Part shown: one piece after another, positions 19,028 to 28,809 of the stretch | Layout of the letters: the number at the start of each line of letters is the position of its first letter | Position numbering within the stretch: position 1 is the first letter of the stretch | From: a virus | Lineage: Duplodnaviria > Caudoviricetes | Direction: 5' to 3' (one strand) | Length of the DNA stretch: 39,684 bases | IMG/VR virus record: IMGVR_UViG_3300032129_000024 | Location: 1-39,684 of that record | Program-made: the position numbers and the translations under genes | The notes under the pieces: model-generated | The model's input: the letters and a program-made list of their open reading frames with translations, nothing else | The model's database searches: none | Told to the model about the DNA's origin: nothing

Positions 19028-19528
19028 CTAGACGGCAGCTACGACAGCGACGGCTGTCTTGCTACGGCCCATGACGGTGATGTGAGCGGTGATACCGACG
19101 AAGGTGTTGCTTGCTTCGAGGGGATCGATGGACGTGATGACGACTTTCCATACCCAGACCATCTGAGCAGCGGCCAGCGCGTCATCGTGGGCAACGCCGT
19201 CACGACGCCAGATGTAGACAGTGTCGCCGATGCTGAGGCCTGCAATGAGTTCCTCGTCGGCCTGTCCGGTGGACTTGATGACGAGGTCGTCCATGGCGTG
19301 AGTGGTGCTGCCCGGAAGCTGTTCGCTGGCCGGGTCGCAGAGCCAGTCGATGGATTCGCTGTCCGTGCTTGATGTACCATTGAAGGTAGTGATCGAGCAG
19401 TCCAGGCCGACACCAGCGTTGAGCTCGGTGACGGTAGGTGCATTCAGGTCGAGGACGACCGGAGCCACACCGACCGCGACGTTGCCACGGCTGATCTGGG
19501 TTGAGGGGTTCCACTGTACGAGTGCCAT
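19028..19528 (-). CDS. Major tail protein
   Basis: APTVTELNAG..LDC...WLCD...LPG pattern typical of actinophage tail tube proteins; synteny. Confidence 0.85.
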   Translation of the reverse strand: MALVQWNPSTQISRGNVAVGVAPVVLDLNAPTVTELNAGVGLDCSITTFNGTSSTDSESIDWLCDPASEQLPGSTTHAMDDLVIKSTGQADEELIAGLSIGDTVYIWRRDGVAHDDALAAAQMVWVWKVVITSIDPLEASNTFVGITAHITVMGRSKTAVAVVAAV

Positions 19529-19543
19529 TGTCTCAGTCCTTTC

Positions 19544-19762
19544 TTACTTGGTCGCCTTGGCAGCCTCAGGAGAGGTCACCTCGGCCTTGGGGGTAACCAC
19601 AGCGGGAGTGCTGTGGGAGTCTTTGAGTCGGGGCTTGTAGCCCAGCACGGTCTCGCCGGGGTTCAGGCCGCGGACCTTGGTCTGGGTCTTGGGATTGAAG
19701 TTGACCTCGGAGATGGCATAGCGGATGCCCGTCTCCTTGTGGTCTACAATGATGCCGGTCAC
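19544..19762 (-). CDS. Hypothetical virion-associated protein
   Basis: RBS AAGGAGG; overlaps the upstream stop; synteny. Confidence 0.7.
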   Translation of the reverse strand: MTGIIVDHKETGIRYAISEVNFNPKTQTKVRGLNPGETVLGYKPRLKDSHSTPAVVTPKAEVTSPEAAKATK

Positions 19763-20121
19763 GATATTCCTCCTTGGTTGATTTGGATGGTAACTTGAGA
19801 CTCGTAGTGGCCTTCAACCTGAGCGCCTGAGTAGCCCATGGAAGCGGCGATAACGCTGCCCCCGACGACCTGCCCGTGGAGGCGCTGCATGACAGCTAAG
19901 GCGATGTTGAACGATGCCGAAACACTTGCACCACAGCAGTAGACGGTGAACTGTAGTGACCAGTCGACAGCGTCCCCGGTGACGGCGAGGTTGACGTAGT
20001 CCACGAGGAGAGGCCGCTGCACCACATAGGGCAACGCTGCCCCGCTGGGTGCATAGCCCTCGTACGTGGGGACACCCACATCTGTGAGTGCTAGGGTGAT
20101 GTCGCTCATCTGTAGGCTCAT
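19759..20121 (-). CDS. Tail terminator
   Basis: YAP..AALPYVV and LQFTVY motifs; synteny. Confidence 0.75.
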   Translation of the reverse strand: MSLQMSDITLALTDVGVPTYEGYAPSGAALPYVVQRPLLVDYVNLAVTGDAVDWSLQFTVYCCGASVSASFNIALAVMQRLHGQVVGGSVIAASMGYSGAQVEGHYESQVTIQINQGGIS

Positions 20122-20471
20122 CAGATACCCAAGTCCTCGGCGGAGAACAGGTCCCCGGCTTCGGCGTTCAGCTTAGAGGCTGCCGTCACATGGAAGGGGC
20201 GAGCAGCCACTCGGCTAGTGCCCAAGGCCACATAAGCGGCGTAGACCACGGTCGGGCCGATGAAGATGGTGTTCTTGCCCTCGGACTCAGCCGTGGTACT
20301 GTTCAACATGGTCCCAGTGTCCACGGCGTGAACGTTCTGGATTTCCTTCTTCATGAGGCCGACGCCGACCTGGGACAAGGTTCGCAGCTTGACGTCTGCC
20401 GTGGGATCTACTTGCTTGGCAGCAGCAGCCATGAGCGCGGCGAGCTGGCCCATCGTCAGTTGCTTAGCCAT
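20121..20471 (-). CDS. HK97 gp10-like neck protein
   Basis: VDTGTMLNS, YAAYVALGTSR..ARPF; start taken at the TAATG overlap (20471). Confidence 0.8.
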   Translation of the reverse strand: MAKQLTMGQLAALMAAAAKQVDPTADVKLRTLSQVGVGLMKKEIQNVHAVDTGTMLNSTTAESEGKNTIFIGPTVVYAAYVALGTSRVAARPFHVTAASKLNAEAGDLFSAEDLGI

Positions 20472-20875
20472 TAGATTCCCTCCTTGCCCTCTTGGTTGAC
20501 TACGTTGAAGTCTGTTGCGACTGCCTTGCGGATCATGGCGAGGCCGTTCTGGCTGACCTTGTCCAGGAGGAGTGTCTTGCCGACGAGGCTTGGCTCCTGT
20601 GTGCACGTGACCACGGTTACGGCCTGCCCCGCTGCTAGTGCAGTACCCTGAGCGACCTTCACGCTGTAGAGGCTCTCCACACGGCTCTCCACAGCGTTCG
20701 CTAGGGTAGTTGTCTGCACCAGCGCGGGAACCGGCTCCCCAGCGGGAACCAGAGGACGCACGACAGAGAAGCCCACGGTAACCGGCTCGCCCACGTTGCT
20801 GATCTGGACCGTGTCGGTAAGTACCGACGAGGCCAGCAGCCGGGAGGCGTCAGCTAACGTCTGTGTCGACATCAT
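20471..20875 (-). CDS. Head-to-tail stopper-like protein
   Basis: Synteny; beta-rich; RBS GAGGAGG. Confidence 0.65.
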   Translation of the reverse strand: MMSTQTLADASRLLASSVLTDTVQISNVGEPVTVGFSVVRPLVPAGEPVPALVQTTTLANAVESRVESLYSVKVAQGTALAAGQAVTVVTCTQEPSLVGKTLLLDKVSQNGLAMIRKAVATDFNVVNQEGKEGI

Positions 20876-21254
20876 TCTGGCCCCTCCTCATGTTAGTGCG
20901 ATATACGTGTGGCCGTCCCGGAATGGGAAGGATCTTGATGACTGAATTATCCGCCCCACTGAAGATGACGCTCAGTGTGCGGAAGTAGGCGGCGAGGGTA
21001 CCCCAGGAAGGGGGATCTACCGTGACTGAGGTACCCTCGCTTGACGTCTGCTTCACGAACGGCTGAGCCTGCATGAATCCCAGCAGTGATAGAGCAGCGA
21101 AATAGACGTCGTAGGTTACGAGGTAACCTGCTTCACCCGGCCACATACCATTGGAGTCTGGGATGCGTGCCCCGTCCAGTGCTGCCTGCTTCATGCTGAC
21201 CGATATCAGCCCGTAGCCGGGAAGCGTCTGGAGAAGGTTGCTCAGCTCATCCAT
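20850..21254 (-). CDS. Head-to-tail adaptor-like protein
   Basis: Synteny; TYDVYFAA motif. Confidence 0.65.
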   Translation of the reverse strand: MDELSNLLQTLPGYGLISVSMKQAALDGARIPDSNGMWPGEAGYLVTYDVYFAALSLLGFMQAQPFVKQTSSEGTSVTVDPPSWGTLAAYFRTLSVIFSGADNSVIKILPIPGRPHVYRTNMRRGQNDVDTDVS

Positions 21255-21256
21255 GG

Positions 21257-21712
21257 TTAGACCCGCATTGCGAGGCGGTTATTGAAGCCAGTGAAGAAGG
21301 TGTCGGCCCACTGACGCGACGGGGACATTGCCACGTCCTCGAGGGTCGGGTGCTGGTTCCACGTGGTGTAGTTGGACTGACCCGGTCCGCCCCAGTTACA
21401 GGCGTAGTTTCCGACTCCCGTGACGGTCGCGCTGCCCGGGATGCCATCGATCGGGCCGGAGTAGTAGCCCTTGTTCGCGAGGACACGCATGATGCCCTTG
21501 ATGGTGTTGGCTCCCCAGATGCCGTCAATCGGCCCGGAGTAGAGGCCCTGCTGCTTGAGGAGGTTCTGGGTGGTCGCACGACGGTTATAGTCAAGCGGCT
21601 CACCCCATCGGTAAGTCGAGGTTCCGGACTCGCCACACTGACCCCAGCCGGAGTATGCGACGGAGTATCCGTATCCCCACTGGGTAGCCGGATTAGTTCC
21701 ACATGCTGCCAT
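21257..21712 (-). CDS. Peptidoglycan-binding-domain protein in the head module
   Basis: Q..L...GLYSGPIDGIWGANT and GYYSGPIDGIPGSAT repeats (PG_binding_1-like). Confidence 0.75.
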   Translation of the reverse strand: MAACGTNPATQWGYGYSVAYSGWGQCGESGTSTYRWGEPLDYNRRATTQNLLKQQGLYSGPIDGIWGANTIKGIMRVLANKGYYSGPIDGIPGSATVTGVGNYACNWGGPGQSNYTTWNQHPTLEDVAMSPSRQWADTFFTGFNNRLAMRV

Positions 21713-21745
21713 GATGTATCTTTCTTTAGATGGTGATCTGTGAAA

Positions 21746-21776
21746 GGGGTGGAGCCGGACCCGCCAGCTCCACCCC
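21746..21776 (-). terminator. Intrinsic terminator after the major capsid gene
   Basis: GGGGTGGAGC...GCTCCACCCC stem followed by TTT on the minus strand. Confidence 0.75.
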
Positions 21777-21793
21777 CTAAGTGGTGCTACCGC

Positions 21794-22783
21794 TTACGCG
21801 GCGTCGTCGATGCCATCCAGGGGCACCGGGTCGGTCTCGGTGATGACTGCGAACGGGTAGTCCGTGACGGCACCCCCGATGCGAGCCGTGCTGAAGGCCG
21901 TGGCGAAGCCGACGCGGAACTTGAAGCGGAGTGCGACCATGTCACGCTCGGCGAGGTTGATCTGGTTCGCACCAGTGCCGAGGGTGGCCTGATCCAGGAG
22001 CTTGACCTGGACGTCCTCACGGATGCCGAGCACGACCTTGGAAGCGTCACCCACAAGGGCAGTCGCAGCGGAGCGGTCCCAGCCTCCGTTGGTCAGGTAA
22101 CGCAGGTCCTGACCGTAGATGCTGGCAGCGCTGCCGTCCGAGCGGATGGCGTCCAGGTAGATGGGCTGTCCGTCGGCGTCACGCAGGCCGCGGAGCGACC
22201 GACGCAGGAAGCGACCGGTGAAGGCGCTGTTCACGTCGAACTCGTCGTCCTCGACAAGGCCGAAAGCCTCGTTGAAGTCGACCGCGAGGTCGGTGAACGT
22301 GGTGTCCTCGCCGCCAGTACCGCGGACCTGATAGTTGCCTGCTGCAATGGCACCGGGCACCAGAGCCGGGTCGAGCCAGGAAGCGGGCTTGTTCGTGCCG
22401 AAGAAGATGGCAGCGTCCAGGACGCGACCGAACTCCTGAGCGACGAGCGGGCGGACCTCGGACCAGATGTCGAAGTTGGCATCGGCGAGGGTGTTCTCGT
22501 GCACGGGCACGATAACGGCGATCTCTTCGGCGATGAGTTCCTTGTTCGTCCAGCTGACCTTGGAGGTCTGCTTCACGCCGGAAGCGTCGGTGGAGTTGTC
22601 GTGTGTGACGAAGCCTGCCGTCGGCAGCGCCGACAGTACGGGCATCCGGGCCACACCAGCGCTCATCCGGACGGTCCGGAACGCGGCGAGGGCTGCCGAC
22701 TGGGCAGTTTCCGGTTTGATGATTTCTGCGATGTCCTGACGGGCCAGGAGAGCCAGCGCGTCGGCACGGGAGATGTCAGCCAT
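21794..22783 (-). CDS. Major capsid protein (HK97 fold)
   Basis: LIAEEIAVIVPV, LDAAIFFGT, LRDADGQPI, NLAERDMVALR; strongly biased codons. Confidence 0.95.
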   Translation of the reverse strand: MADISRADALALLARQDIAEIIKPETAQSAALAAFRTVRMSAGVARMPVLSALPTAGFVTHDNSTDASGVKQTSKVSWTNKELIAEEIAVIVPVHENTLADANFDIWSEVRPLVAQEFGRVLDAAIFFGTNKPASWLDPALVPGAIAAGNYQVRGTGGEDTTFTDLAVDFNEAFGLVEDDEFDVNSAFTGRFLRRSLRGLRDADGQPIYLDAIRSDGSAASIYGQDLRYLTNGGWDRSAATALVGDASKVVLGIREDVQVKLLDQATLGTGANQINLAERDMVALRFKFRVGFATAFSTARIGGAVTDYPFAVITETDPVPLDGIDDAA

Positions 22784-22822
22784 TGGACTGACTCCTTTCT
22801 GGCACGAATGCCGTGGTGAGTA

Positions 22823-23362
22823 TTACTTGAGGGCGGATCGAAGGAGAGCGTTCATGTCCGGCTTCTTGGAACCCGGTGCTGCTGCACTGGAGCCAAGTGC
22901 CGTTGATGTGGCCGAGGGGTTAGCCGCGTTCCACGTCTTGACAATGTCTGTGATGGATTCGTCGGTCTCGAACAGGGCCTTGGTAAAGGTCCGGCTGTCC
23001 AGGGCCTTACCCAGCGGGCCTCCGGCTGACTGCAAGAACGCCTCGAGCCGGTCATACCGGGTCTGGAGCGTTTCTACGGCTTCGGCTGTGGGCCGTGCTG
23101 CGAGGTCGGCCTCCATCTGGGTGGCCTTCTTGCTCGTGGCTCGCAACTCCGTGATCTCGGTCTTCTGAGAGGCGATGCTGAGCTTCTGAGCGGCGAGGGA
23201 CTTGACCAGAGGGTGGTCATCGGGCAGCTTGATGGGCTCGGTGCTGGCCTGCTGCTGTGTACCGTTCTCTCCCGTTTCGGAAGTGGTGCTCTGCTGCTGG
23301 CCTTGCGCTTCCTGACCCGACGTTTCGTCGGTGGAAGTGTTTGTGTCGTTGTCGGTAGGCAT
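22823..23362 (-). CDS. Scaffolding protein
   Basis: Low-complexity N-terminus, coiled coil, C-terminal DMNALLR; RBS GAAAGGA before ATG at 23362. Confidence 0.85.
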   Translation of the reverse strand: MPTDNDTNTSTDETSGQEAQGQQQSTTSETGENGTQQQASTEPIKLPDDHPLVKSLAAQKLSIASQKTEITELRATSKKATQMEADLAARPTAEAVETLQTRYDRLEAFLQSAGGPLGKALDSRTFTKALFETDESITDIVKTWNAANPSATSTALGSSAAAPGSKKPDMNALLRSALK

Positions 23363-23381
23363 TTCGCCTGTCCTTTCCATA

Positions 23382-23410
23382 AGTGTAACTGATTGGGCTG
23401 GCAAGTGCAA
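23382..23410 (-). promoter_or_regulatory. Promoter TTGCAC-17-TACACT upstream of scaffold/capsid
   Basis: Matches the genome-wide promoter pattern; intergenic. Confidence 0.7.
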
Positions 23411-23470
23411 GCCCAGATACTAAACCCACCTATTTAGGTAGGTCTTCCTCCTTGGAAGTGTGTGAGGGGG

Positions 23471-24349
23471 TCACTTTGGACCCCATTTCTTGAGAGCCGC
23501 CCGATACTGGGGGCTGTTAGTTCCGAACATGACCTTGGCATTCTGAAGCTTCTGCTCATCTGTCATGTTGAGGCCATTAGTAATCTGGAGGGCAGGCTGA
23601 GCGTCCGACTTGTGGACAGGCTGAGCCGTGCTGGGTGCTGCTGGGTTGCCCTTGCCGCTGAGCGGGTCGCGCTGGGTGGCCGTGGTAGGTCCGGCGCTGG
23701 CCTTAGCCTTGGCCCCCTTCACCTTGAGGTCAGCCCAGCGAGGATCCATGGTGATGGACCCATCCGGCTGGAGTGTACCCTTGTAGGCCACACGTGAGCG
23801 GAGCGTGGGAATGAGCGTGCAGCGACCGTTCGGGTGATCACGGATAGCACTGTCCTCCACGACCAAGCCCTCACGGCTGAGGCAGTAATCGCACGTCCGC
23901 TTAGACTCCTCGCTGCCCCACACCATAACGAGCAAGGGCAGGTCGGCAGTGCTGTCCCACTGGTTCTTCCAGTAGGCACTCACGGTCTCGGTCCGGGCTA
24001 GGCGCTCCAGCTTGCGGTAACTCTTTCCCAGGCCAGCGTTCAGCATCTGCCTAGCGGCGTCCCGGCTGTTCAATCCGGCGGTGATGCTTGCGCTGATGGC
24101 TGCCTGCTGCATGTCATCGTAGACCTTGCCGAGGAACGGGCTAAGCTCCAGCGTCTTGGGCACTGGGAAGCCCGCCAGCGCCCCCAAGCTGGCAGCCTGC
24201 CCACCCAAGCGCTGGATGAGTGTGGTGCTCGTACGCTGGAACTGACGGATGTAGGCAGGGACGTCAGTCTGAGTGGACAGACCCCCGAGCCAGCGGAGGT
24301 AAGCCTTGCGAAGCTCACGCTCCATCTTGTCAGTAGGTACGGTAGGCAT
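23471..24349 (-). CDS. MuF-like minor head protein
   Basis: RLARTE, RTCDYC, HPNGRCT. Confidence 0.85.
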   Translation of the reverse strand: MPTVPTDKMERELRKAYLRWLGGLSTQTDVPAYIRQFQRTSTTLIQRLGGQAASLGALAGFPVPKTLELSPFLGKVYDDMQQAAISASITAGLNSRDAARQMLNAGLGKSYRKLERLARTETVSAYWKNQWDSTADLPLLVMVWGSEESKRTCDYCLSREGLVVEDSAIRDHPNGRCTLIPTLRSRVAYKGTLQPDGSITMDPRWADLKVKGAKAKASAGPTTATQRDPLSGKGNPAAPSTAQPVHKSDAQPALQITNGLNMTDEQKLQNAKVMFGTNSPQYRAALKKWGPK

Positions 24350-24462
24350 TAGATGTCCTTATTGCAGCGTTCGCAGCGAATGGTCTGGGGGGCGAAGGAG
24401 TAGGCGCTTCCTGAGTAGTTGCTCAGGTGGAGGCCCACCCGACACAGGAGACGGCCGAACAT
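24349..24462 (-). CDS. 37-aa zinc-ribbon microprotein (DUF1660-like), absent from the ORF track
   Basis: MFGRLLCRVGLHLSNYSGSAYSFAPQTIRCERCNKDI; TGATG overlap with the portal stop and TAATG overlap with the MuF start. Confidence 0.75.
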   Translation of the reverse strand: MFGRLLCRVGLHLSNYSGSAYSFAPQTIRCERCNKDI

Positions 24463-25811
24463 CAGACGCCAGCCTTGGCACGCTGTCCGGGGTTGTCCCC
24501 GTATGCCTTGACCTGCCCCGGTGTGGCCGGGAGGCCAGTTTGGCCCATAGCGGTCATATCGGTGGGCTGTCCCAGCTGGCCGTCCGTGGGGGCACCCAAG
24601 CTGTCGTCCTCGTAGTCCTCCAGGTCCACTCCAGGCGTTACCACCTCGGCAATGTAGGGCAACGGGTACCCCATAGTGCTAAGGGCTATGCCGTGGGCGT
24701 CTGCAGCCTCCTGGAGCAGGTCGTCCTCGGTGTTCCAGATAGCGAACTCCTTCTCGGCGCTGTCCTTGACCTCAATCGTCCGCTCCACACCGAGCAAGGC
24801 TGCGAGTTCTTCAAGCACGGGGTCCAGGTTGTCACGCATACGGGCGATCTTATTGTTGAACCGCTTGCTGAGCACCTTCAGGGCCACACCAGTCGGGGGC
24901 ACGCCTTGTCCAGGCTTGAAGTAGTGCTGAGGGATGCCGCTGCTCTGGCTCACCTTGTCAATGATGCTGTCGTGATATGCTATCATGTCGCCGATGGTGG
25001 GTGGGTTCAGCTGGCCGAAGGGTCCATCACTGCTGGTCGTGAAGATGCGGCCACTTGCCCCCTCCACCTCCTGCTCGGTCATGGCGTCTGTGTTACCCTG
25101 TCCCCCGCTGGGCAGGTACGGGTTCGTCGGGGGTAGCTCCACATTCATGAGGAACCAGAACGGCCGAGCGTACATCTCAGCGATCACGGTCTGGTCAATG
25201 ATGCTGTGGTTCACCCGGTCCTGCAATGCAGCCAAGCTCGGGCCGAAGCCCTTGTCGTCCAGGGCCAGCCGGAACAGGGTGTTACCCGTGGTCTGTTCAA
25301 CGAACTGGTAGCCCTGCTTCGTCGCGGCTGTCATGTCGGTGGGCACGTCCTTACTGAAAAGACGCGTGGTCCCGTTAGTGTAGGCGAACGTGACGTAGTC
25401 TTGCATCTTCTCAATGGAGCGCGTGAAGATAGCGGCGACAGTATACAGGCCGTCGCTGATCATCTCGTAATGCTCGGGGAAGTGGGGAGTGCCAGCGGAG
25501 TCCACCACCACAGGGCACTCCCCACGTGCAAGGAGGGGCACTAGCACATCGCTGAAGCCCCTCAGCTCATCGGGTACGGGAACAAGGTTCTCAGCGTACA
25601 GGTCAATCACGGACTTATAGATGTTCTCGCTGGTCTGCTGCTTCCCGATGTCAGGGAAGGCCTCGGCGACATAGCTTTCCCATGCCTTGCCGTGCAGCGC
25701 GTACGACATCACGCCGTTGTAATATGTGGTATAGGTCGGGGCTTCCCGCTCGAGCAGGTATGCCTCAATCCGGCTGATGCCGGTGTCCTGTGTGGTGAGT
25801 GTGTCGGTCAT
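24462..25811 (-). CDS. Portal protein
   Basis: Follows terminase; YYNG, NIYKSVID, SGIPQHYF...PTGVALK (SPP1 gp6-like pattern). Confidence 0.9.
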   Translation of the reverse strand: MTDTLTTQDTGISRIEAYLLEREAPTYTTYYNGVMSYALHGKAWESYVAEAFPDIGKQQTSENIYKSVIDLYAENLVPVPDELRGFSDVLVPLLARGECPVVVDSAGTPHFPEHYEMISDGLYTVAAIFTRSIEKMQDYVTFAYTNGTTRLFSKDVPTDMTAATKQGYQFVEQTTGNTLFRLALDDKGFGPSLAALQDRVNHSIIDQTVIAEMYARPFWFLMNVELPPTNPYLPSGGQGNTDAMTEQEVEGASGRIFTTSSDGPFGQLNPPTIGDMIAYHDSIIDKVSQSSGIPQHYFKPGQGVPPTGVALKVLSKRFNNKIARMRDNLDPVLEELAALLGVERTIEVKDSAEKEFAIWNTEDDLLQEAADAHGIALSTMGYPLPYIAEVVTPGVDLEDYEDDSLGAPTDGQLGQPTDMTAMGQTGLPATPGQVKAYGDNPGQRAKAGV

Positions 25812-25812
25812 G

Positions 25813-27234
25813 TTAGTTTCCCATCCGGAAGTAATCTGCTCGGCCTTGCTGAATAGCTTGTGTCATGGCGTCTACCTCGTCGTCATGCTTGCCGAAGGGG
25901 AAGTCCCTAAACTCTTGGAACATGCCGTCACTGTAGATGCTGTCCACGATTGCAACGTTGCCCTCGTCCACGATCGGCTGGATAGCCAAGGCCCGGACCT
26001 CCTTGCTCCCCTGAGGGGTCACGGGCTTGATGAGTGCTGCCCGCTTCCTCAGGGTGTTGAGCAGGGCTGCCCCGTTAGCTGCCTTCTCCACATAGATGCG
26101 ACTGGTCTGGGGCCAGCGAGCGGCCATCTGCTGAATGGCGCTTACCGTCTCAGTGAAGGTGGCCCGCTCGTGGTACCGGTCGATCATGATCCAGCGCTGC
26201 CCTATGACGGCCCATACCTGTCCGGCCACATAGTCCCCGGCTGTCGCTTTCTTGCGACCGTTCTGGATGGTGCCGAACGTCAGGTCCCACGACTGCACCA
26301 CAAGGGCACGGCCCAAGGTCTGCATGAAGCCGTGGTCGTCCCTGAAGACAACTTGGTCCCAGGGTATGACGTCTATCTTGTTGACGTTGATATAGCTGCC
26401 ACCAGTGACCTGAGGGTCACCCTGATAGAGTGCCTGCCAGACGTAGGTCCCGACCGCTGACTTGATCAGCTGCCAAGACTTAGCACTCCGGTTCTGCACT
26501 GATGGCAGCCATTCCCCGACTGCTCGGCCAAGTATGTCCACATTACCGAGAGAGTCGGGGTGAGTGGAATCGTGTGTGGCCTGAGCGGGTATGTTGACGT
26601 ACTCGGCATCTAGTGCCTTCTGTACGTGAGCTATGAGGTCGTCCTTGTGCCAGCGAGTAGCAATGACGATGATCTGTGACAGGCTGGCCATACGGGTCAG
26701 GACGACGGAGCTGAACCACTCGGTCGTCGTTTCACGGATGGTCTCAGACTGGGCTTCTTGCATGTCCTTGATGGGGTCATCAATAACGGTCATGTCACTG
26801 CGGAACCCTGTCATGGCACTGCCCCGGCCAGCAGCTAGGAGTCCTCCACCTTCACGAGTCTCCCAACGTTGAACATTGGAAGAACCTGACATCAGGGGGG
26901 TCCATGTGCTTACCAGCCCGCGGATCTGGCGGGAGACCGCGTTCGCACGTGCCTGCGAGTAAGTCGCATAGACTACCTTCAGCCACGGATTGCGAATCAA
27001 CTGCCATGCGATGTAATGCACAATCCACGTCGTCTTACCTTCCTGAGGCGGCGTAGAGTAGGCCACACAGCTTAGGCTAGTGTTCAGCGCTTCTGGATCA
27101 ACTGAGCCTGTCAGGACCTCTGTGAGAGCCGATGTACGGATGCCCGAGGCTTTACAGTAGATGTTGAAGTCTTCGCTGATCTCCTCATAGGAGTACACTG
27201 CGAGGTCCAGGGAATCCTGAATGACGTTGCTCAT
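25813..27234 (-). CDS. terL: Terminase large subunit
   Basis: PPQEGKT, VIDDP, TRWHKDDL, ALYQGDP, SWD, EKAANG, HDDEVDAMTQA. Confidence 0.95.
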   Translation of the reverse strand: MSNVIQDSLDLAVYSYEEISEDFNIYCKASGIRTSALTEVLTGSVDPEALNTSLSCVAYSTPPQEGKTTWIVHYIAWQLIRNPWLKVVYATYSQARANAVSRQIRGLVSTWTPLMSGSSNVQRWETREGGGLLAAGRGSAMTGFRSDMTVIDDPIKDMQEAQSETIRETTTEWFSSVVLTRMASLSQIIVIATRWHKDDLIAHVQKALDAEYVNIPAQATHDSTHPDSLGNVDILGRAVGEWLPSVQNRSAKSWQLIKSAVGTYVWQALYQGDPQVTGGSYINVNKIDVIPWDQVVFRDDHGFMQTLGRALVVQSWDLTFGTIQNGRKKATAGDYVAGQVWAVIGQRWIMIDRYHERATFTETVSAIQQMAARWPQTSRIYVEKAANGAALLNTLRKRAALIKPVTPQGSKEVRALAIQPIVDEGNVAIVDSIYSDGMFQEFRDFPFGKHDDEVDAMTQAIQQGRADYFRMGN

Positions 27235-27866
27235 GAGGTACCCTTGCTAACTTCAGCAGCGACTTCGTCAACCGAGATACCGGGGAACGCCTTGAGGAGA
27301 CGTGCAGCTTCACGCGCTGTCTGCATCCGTAGACGCTTAGTGTCGATCTCTTCAGTGCCACCAGTAACCTCCTGGAGAAGGCGAAGGATCTGGACCAGTT
27401 CCTGCTCGGCCTTGTGCAACTCCACCACAAGAGGGTGAATGCCGCTTACATGCTTCTTCTTTGAAGTCACGTAGATCTCTTCGCCTACCTCAGCCTCGGT
27501 TACTTCCCGAGAGTCGAGAAGCATACCATAGTAACGCGAGGGATTAGCACCGAGCTCAATGCGAAGGGCAATGATGTCGGTGATCTTGTTCCTGGCCAGC
27601 TTGTTCAGCTCAGCTTCTACACTGATGCCGTCTGTGGAGTCACTAATACCCCACAGCGACGCCGCCTTCTTGCCGACGCTGGCGACCGTGCTCTTGCGAA
27701 CGCTGGCCGCTGTACCGCCTCCATGCGACTTGCACACGGTAAGCCCTGCCACGGCTGTCCGCTTGCACGGCTGACCTGTGGTAGTTAGCGCCTTGCACGC
27801 TCCAGCACGCACGGCAGGACGGGTGACGTCCTTGGTGCTGGGTCGCTTGCTTGGCTGAGTGGGCAT
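27231..27866 (-). CDS. Terminase small subunit (probable)
   Basis: CKA..TTGQPC...CKSHGG zinc motif; overlaps the terL start. Confidence 0.7.
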   Translation of the reverse strand: MPTQPSKRPSTKDVTRPAVRAGACKALTTTGQPCKRTAVAGLTVCKSHGGGTAASVRKSTVASVGKKAASLWGISDSTDGISVEAELNKLARNKITDIIALRIELGANPSRYYGMLLDSREVTEAEVGEEIYVTSKKKHVSGIHPLVVELHKAEQELVQILRLLQEVTGGTEEIDTKRLRMQTAREAARLLKAFPGISVDEVAAEVSKGTS

Positions 27867-27957
27867 AACAGCAACCCTAGCTCACCCAGACGACCAGAGC
27901 AAACTATGGAGTCAAATTCGTCTCAACGAATATTATCAGTCCAGGCCACAAGTCCCG

Positions 27958-28221
27958 CTAGAGGTCTTGCTCCAGCTGCACACCAGTCATAACGGCCTGC
28001 TCCATCATGTTCTGTACGACCTGCCACTGACTCAGCGAGAGGACGAGGGTGTACTGGTCAATGATGTCCAGGACCAGATCATGAGCGCGACGCTGCTGCT
28101 CACCATACCTGCTGATCTCTGTGGACGGCGCTGACGCCTCACCGATAACCTCGTCAAGAACCTTACCGGCCAGCATCTCGTCACGCATAACGCGCTGACC
28201 CCTGCTCATGCCCGAGGCCAT
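27958..28221 (-). CDS. Hypothetical protein
   Basis: TGATG coupling with the upstream gene. Confidence 0.65.
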   Translation of the reverse strand: MASGMSRGQRVMRDEMLAGKVLDEVIGEASAPSTEISRYGEQQRRAHDLVLDIIDQYTLVLSLSQWQVVQNMMEQAVMTGVQLEQDL

Positions 28222-28436
28222 CAGACGTGCCAGAAGTGATTAGGCGACACCGAGTAGTAGATGGGAACGATGAACATCGTAAGGATTCCCAGGACGAACC
28301 AGTGGAGGAGGAACGAGTGTCCCGTCGGGACCCTCATGTACTGAGCCTTGTCCCTGGACTGCTTCACGTTAGCGACGTGGCCAGTGGCCGGAGCCGGTGC
28401 CGGATACTCAGGCGGCTGAGGTTCGTAAGTGCTCAT
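28221..28436 (-). CDS. Small membrane protein
   Basis: RBS TAAGGAG; hydrophobic C-terminal segment. Confidence 0.75.
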   Translation of the reverse strand: MSTYEPQPPEYPAPAPATGHVANVKQSRDKAQYMRVPTGHSFLLHWFVLGILTMFIVPIYYSVSPNHFWHV

Positions 28437-28544
28437 GAGGGTGGACTCCTTATGGTAAGTGGATGTTTAGTTGACCCGCTGGAAAGCATGAAGTGTAGAT
28501 GTCTTTGAAGTATCTGGCCTAAGCCCCCCAGCGGGTTACTAACT

Positions 28545-28573
28545 ACATTACCAGTACGCCACTCCCAGCGCAA
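28545..28573 (-). promoter_or_regulatory. Leftward promoter TTGCGC-17-TAATGT
   Basis: Consensus match in the divergent intergenic region. Confidence 0.7.
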
Positions 28574-28809
28574 CTCACCCTGACTAATCTAAGCGCAGCG
28601 ATCCGAGCGACGTCCAAGGAGGCCGAAGCCCGGAGGGCGAGAGCGCCGACGCAGGATAGACGTCGTGACGGATAAATCGCAAGCCCACATCCATCTTCCT
28701 TTTCTCTCCTACCACTTGAACCCGTCGGTCTTCCCTACCGCCTCCGGCTCCAGTCAGCCCTCCGGTCCTTAGTGGTAGCCATAAGCCACCCTTACGCGCA
28801 TTAGGTAAG

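Noticed and set aside
21740-22819. 359-aa plus-strand ORF and other long antisense ORFs (e.g. 6499..7326, 24306..25136, 32651..33352)
   Set aside because: They shadow well-supported genes on the opposite strand, are expected in high-GC DNA with strong codon bias, and show no motifs
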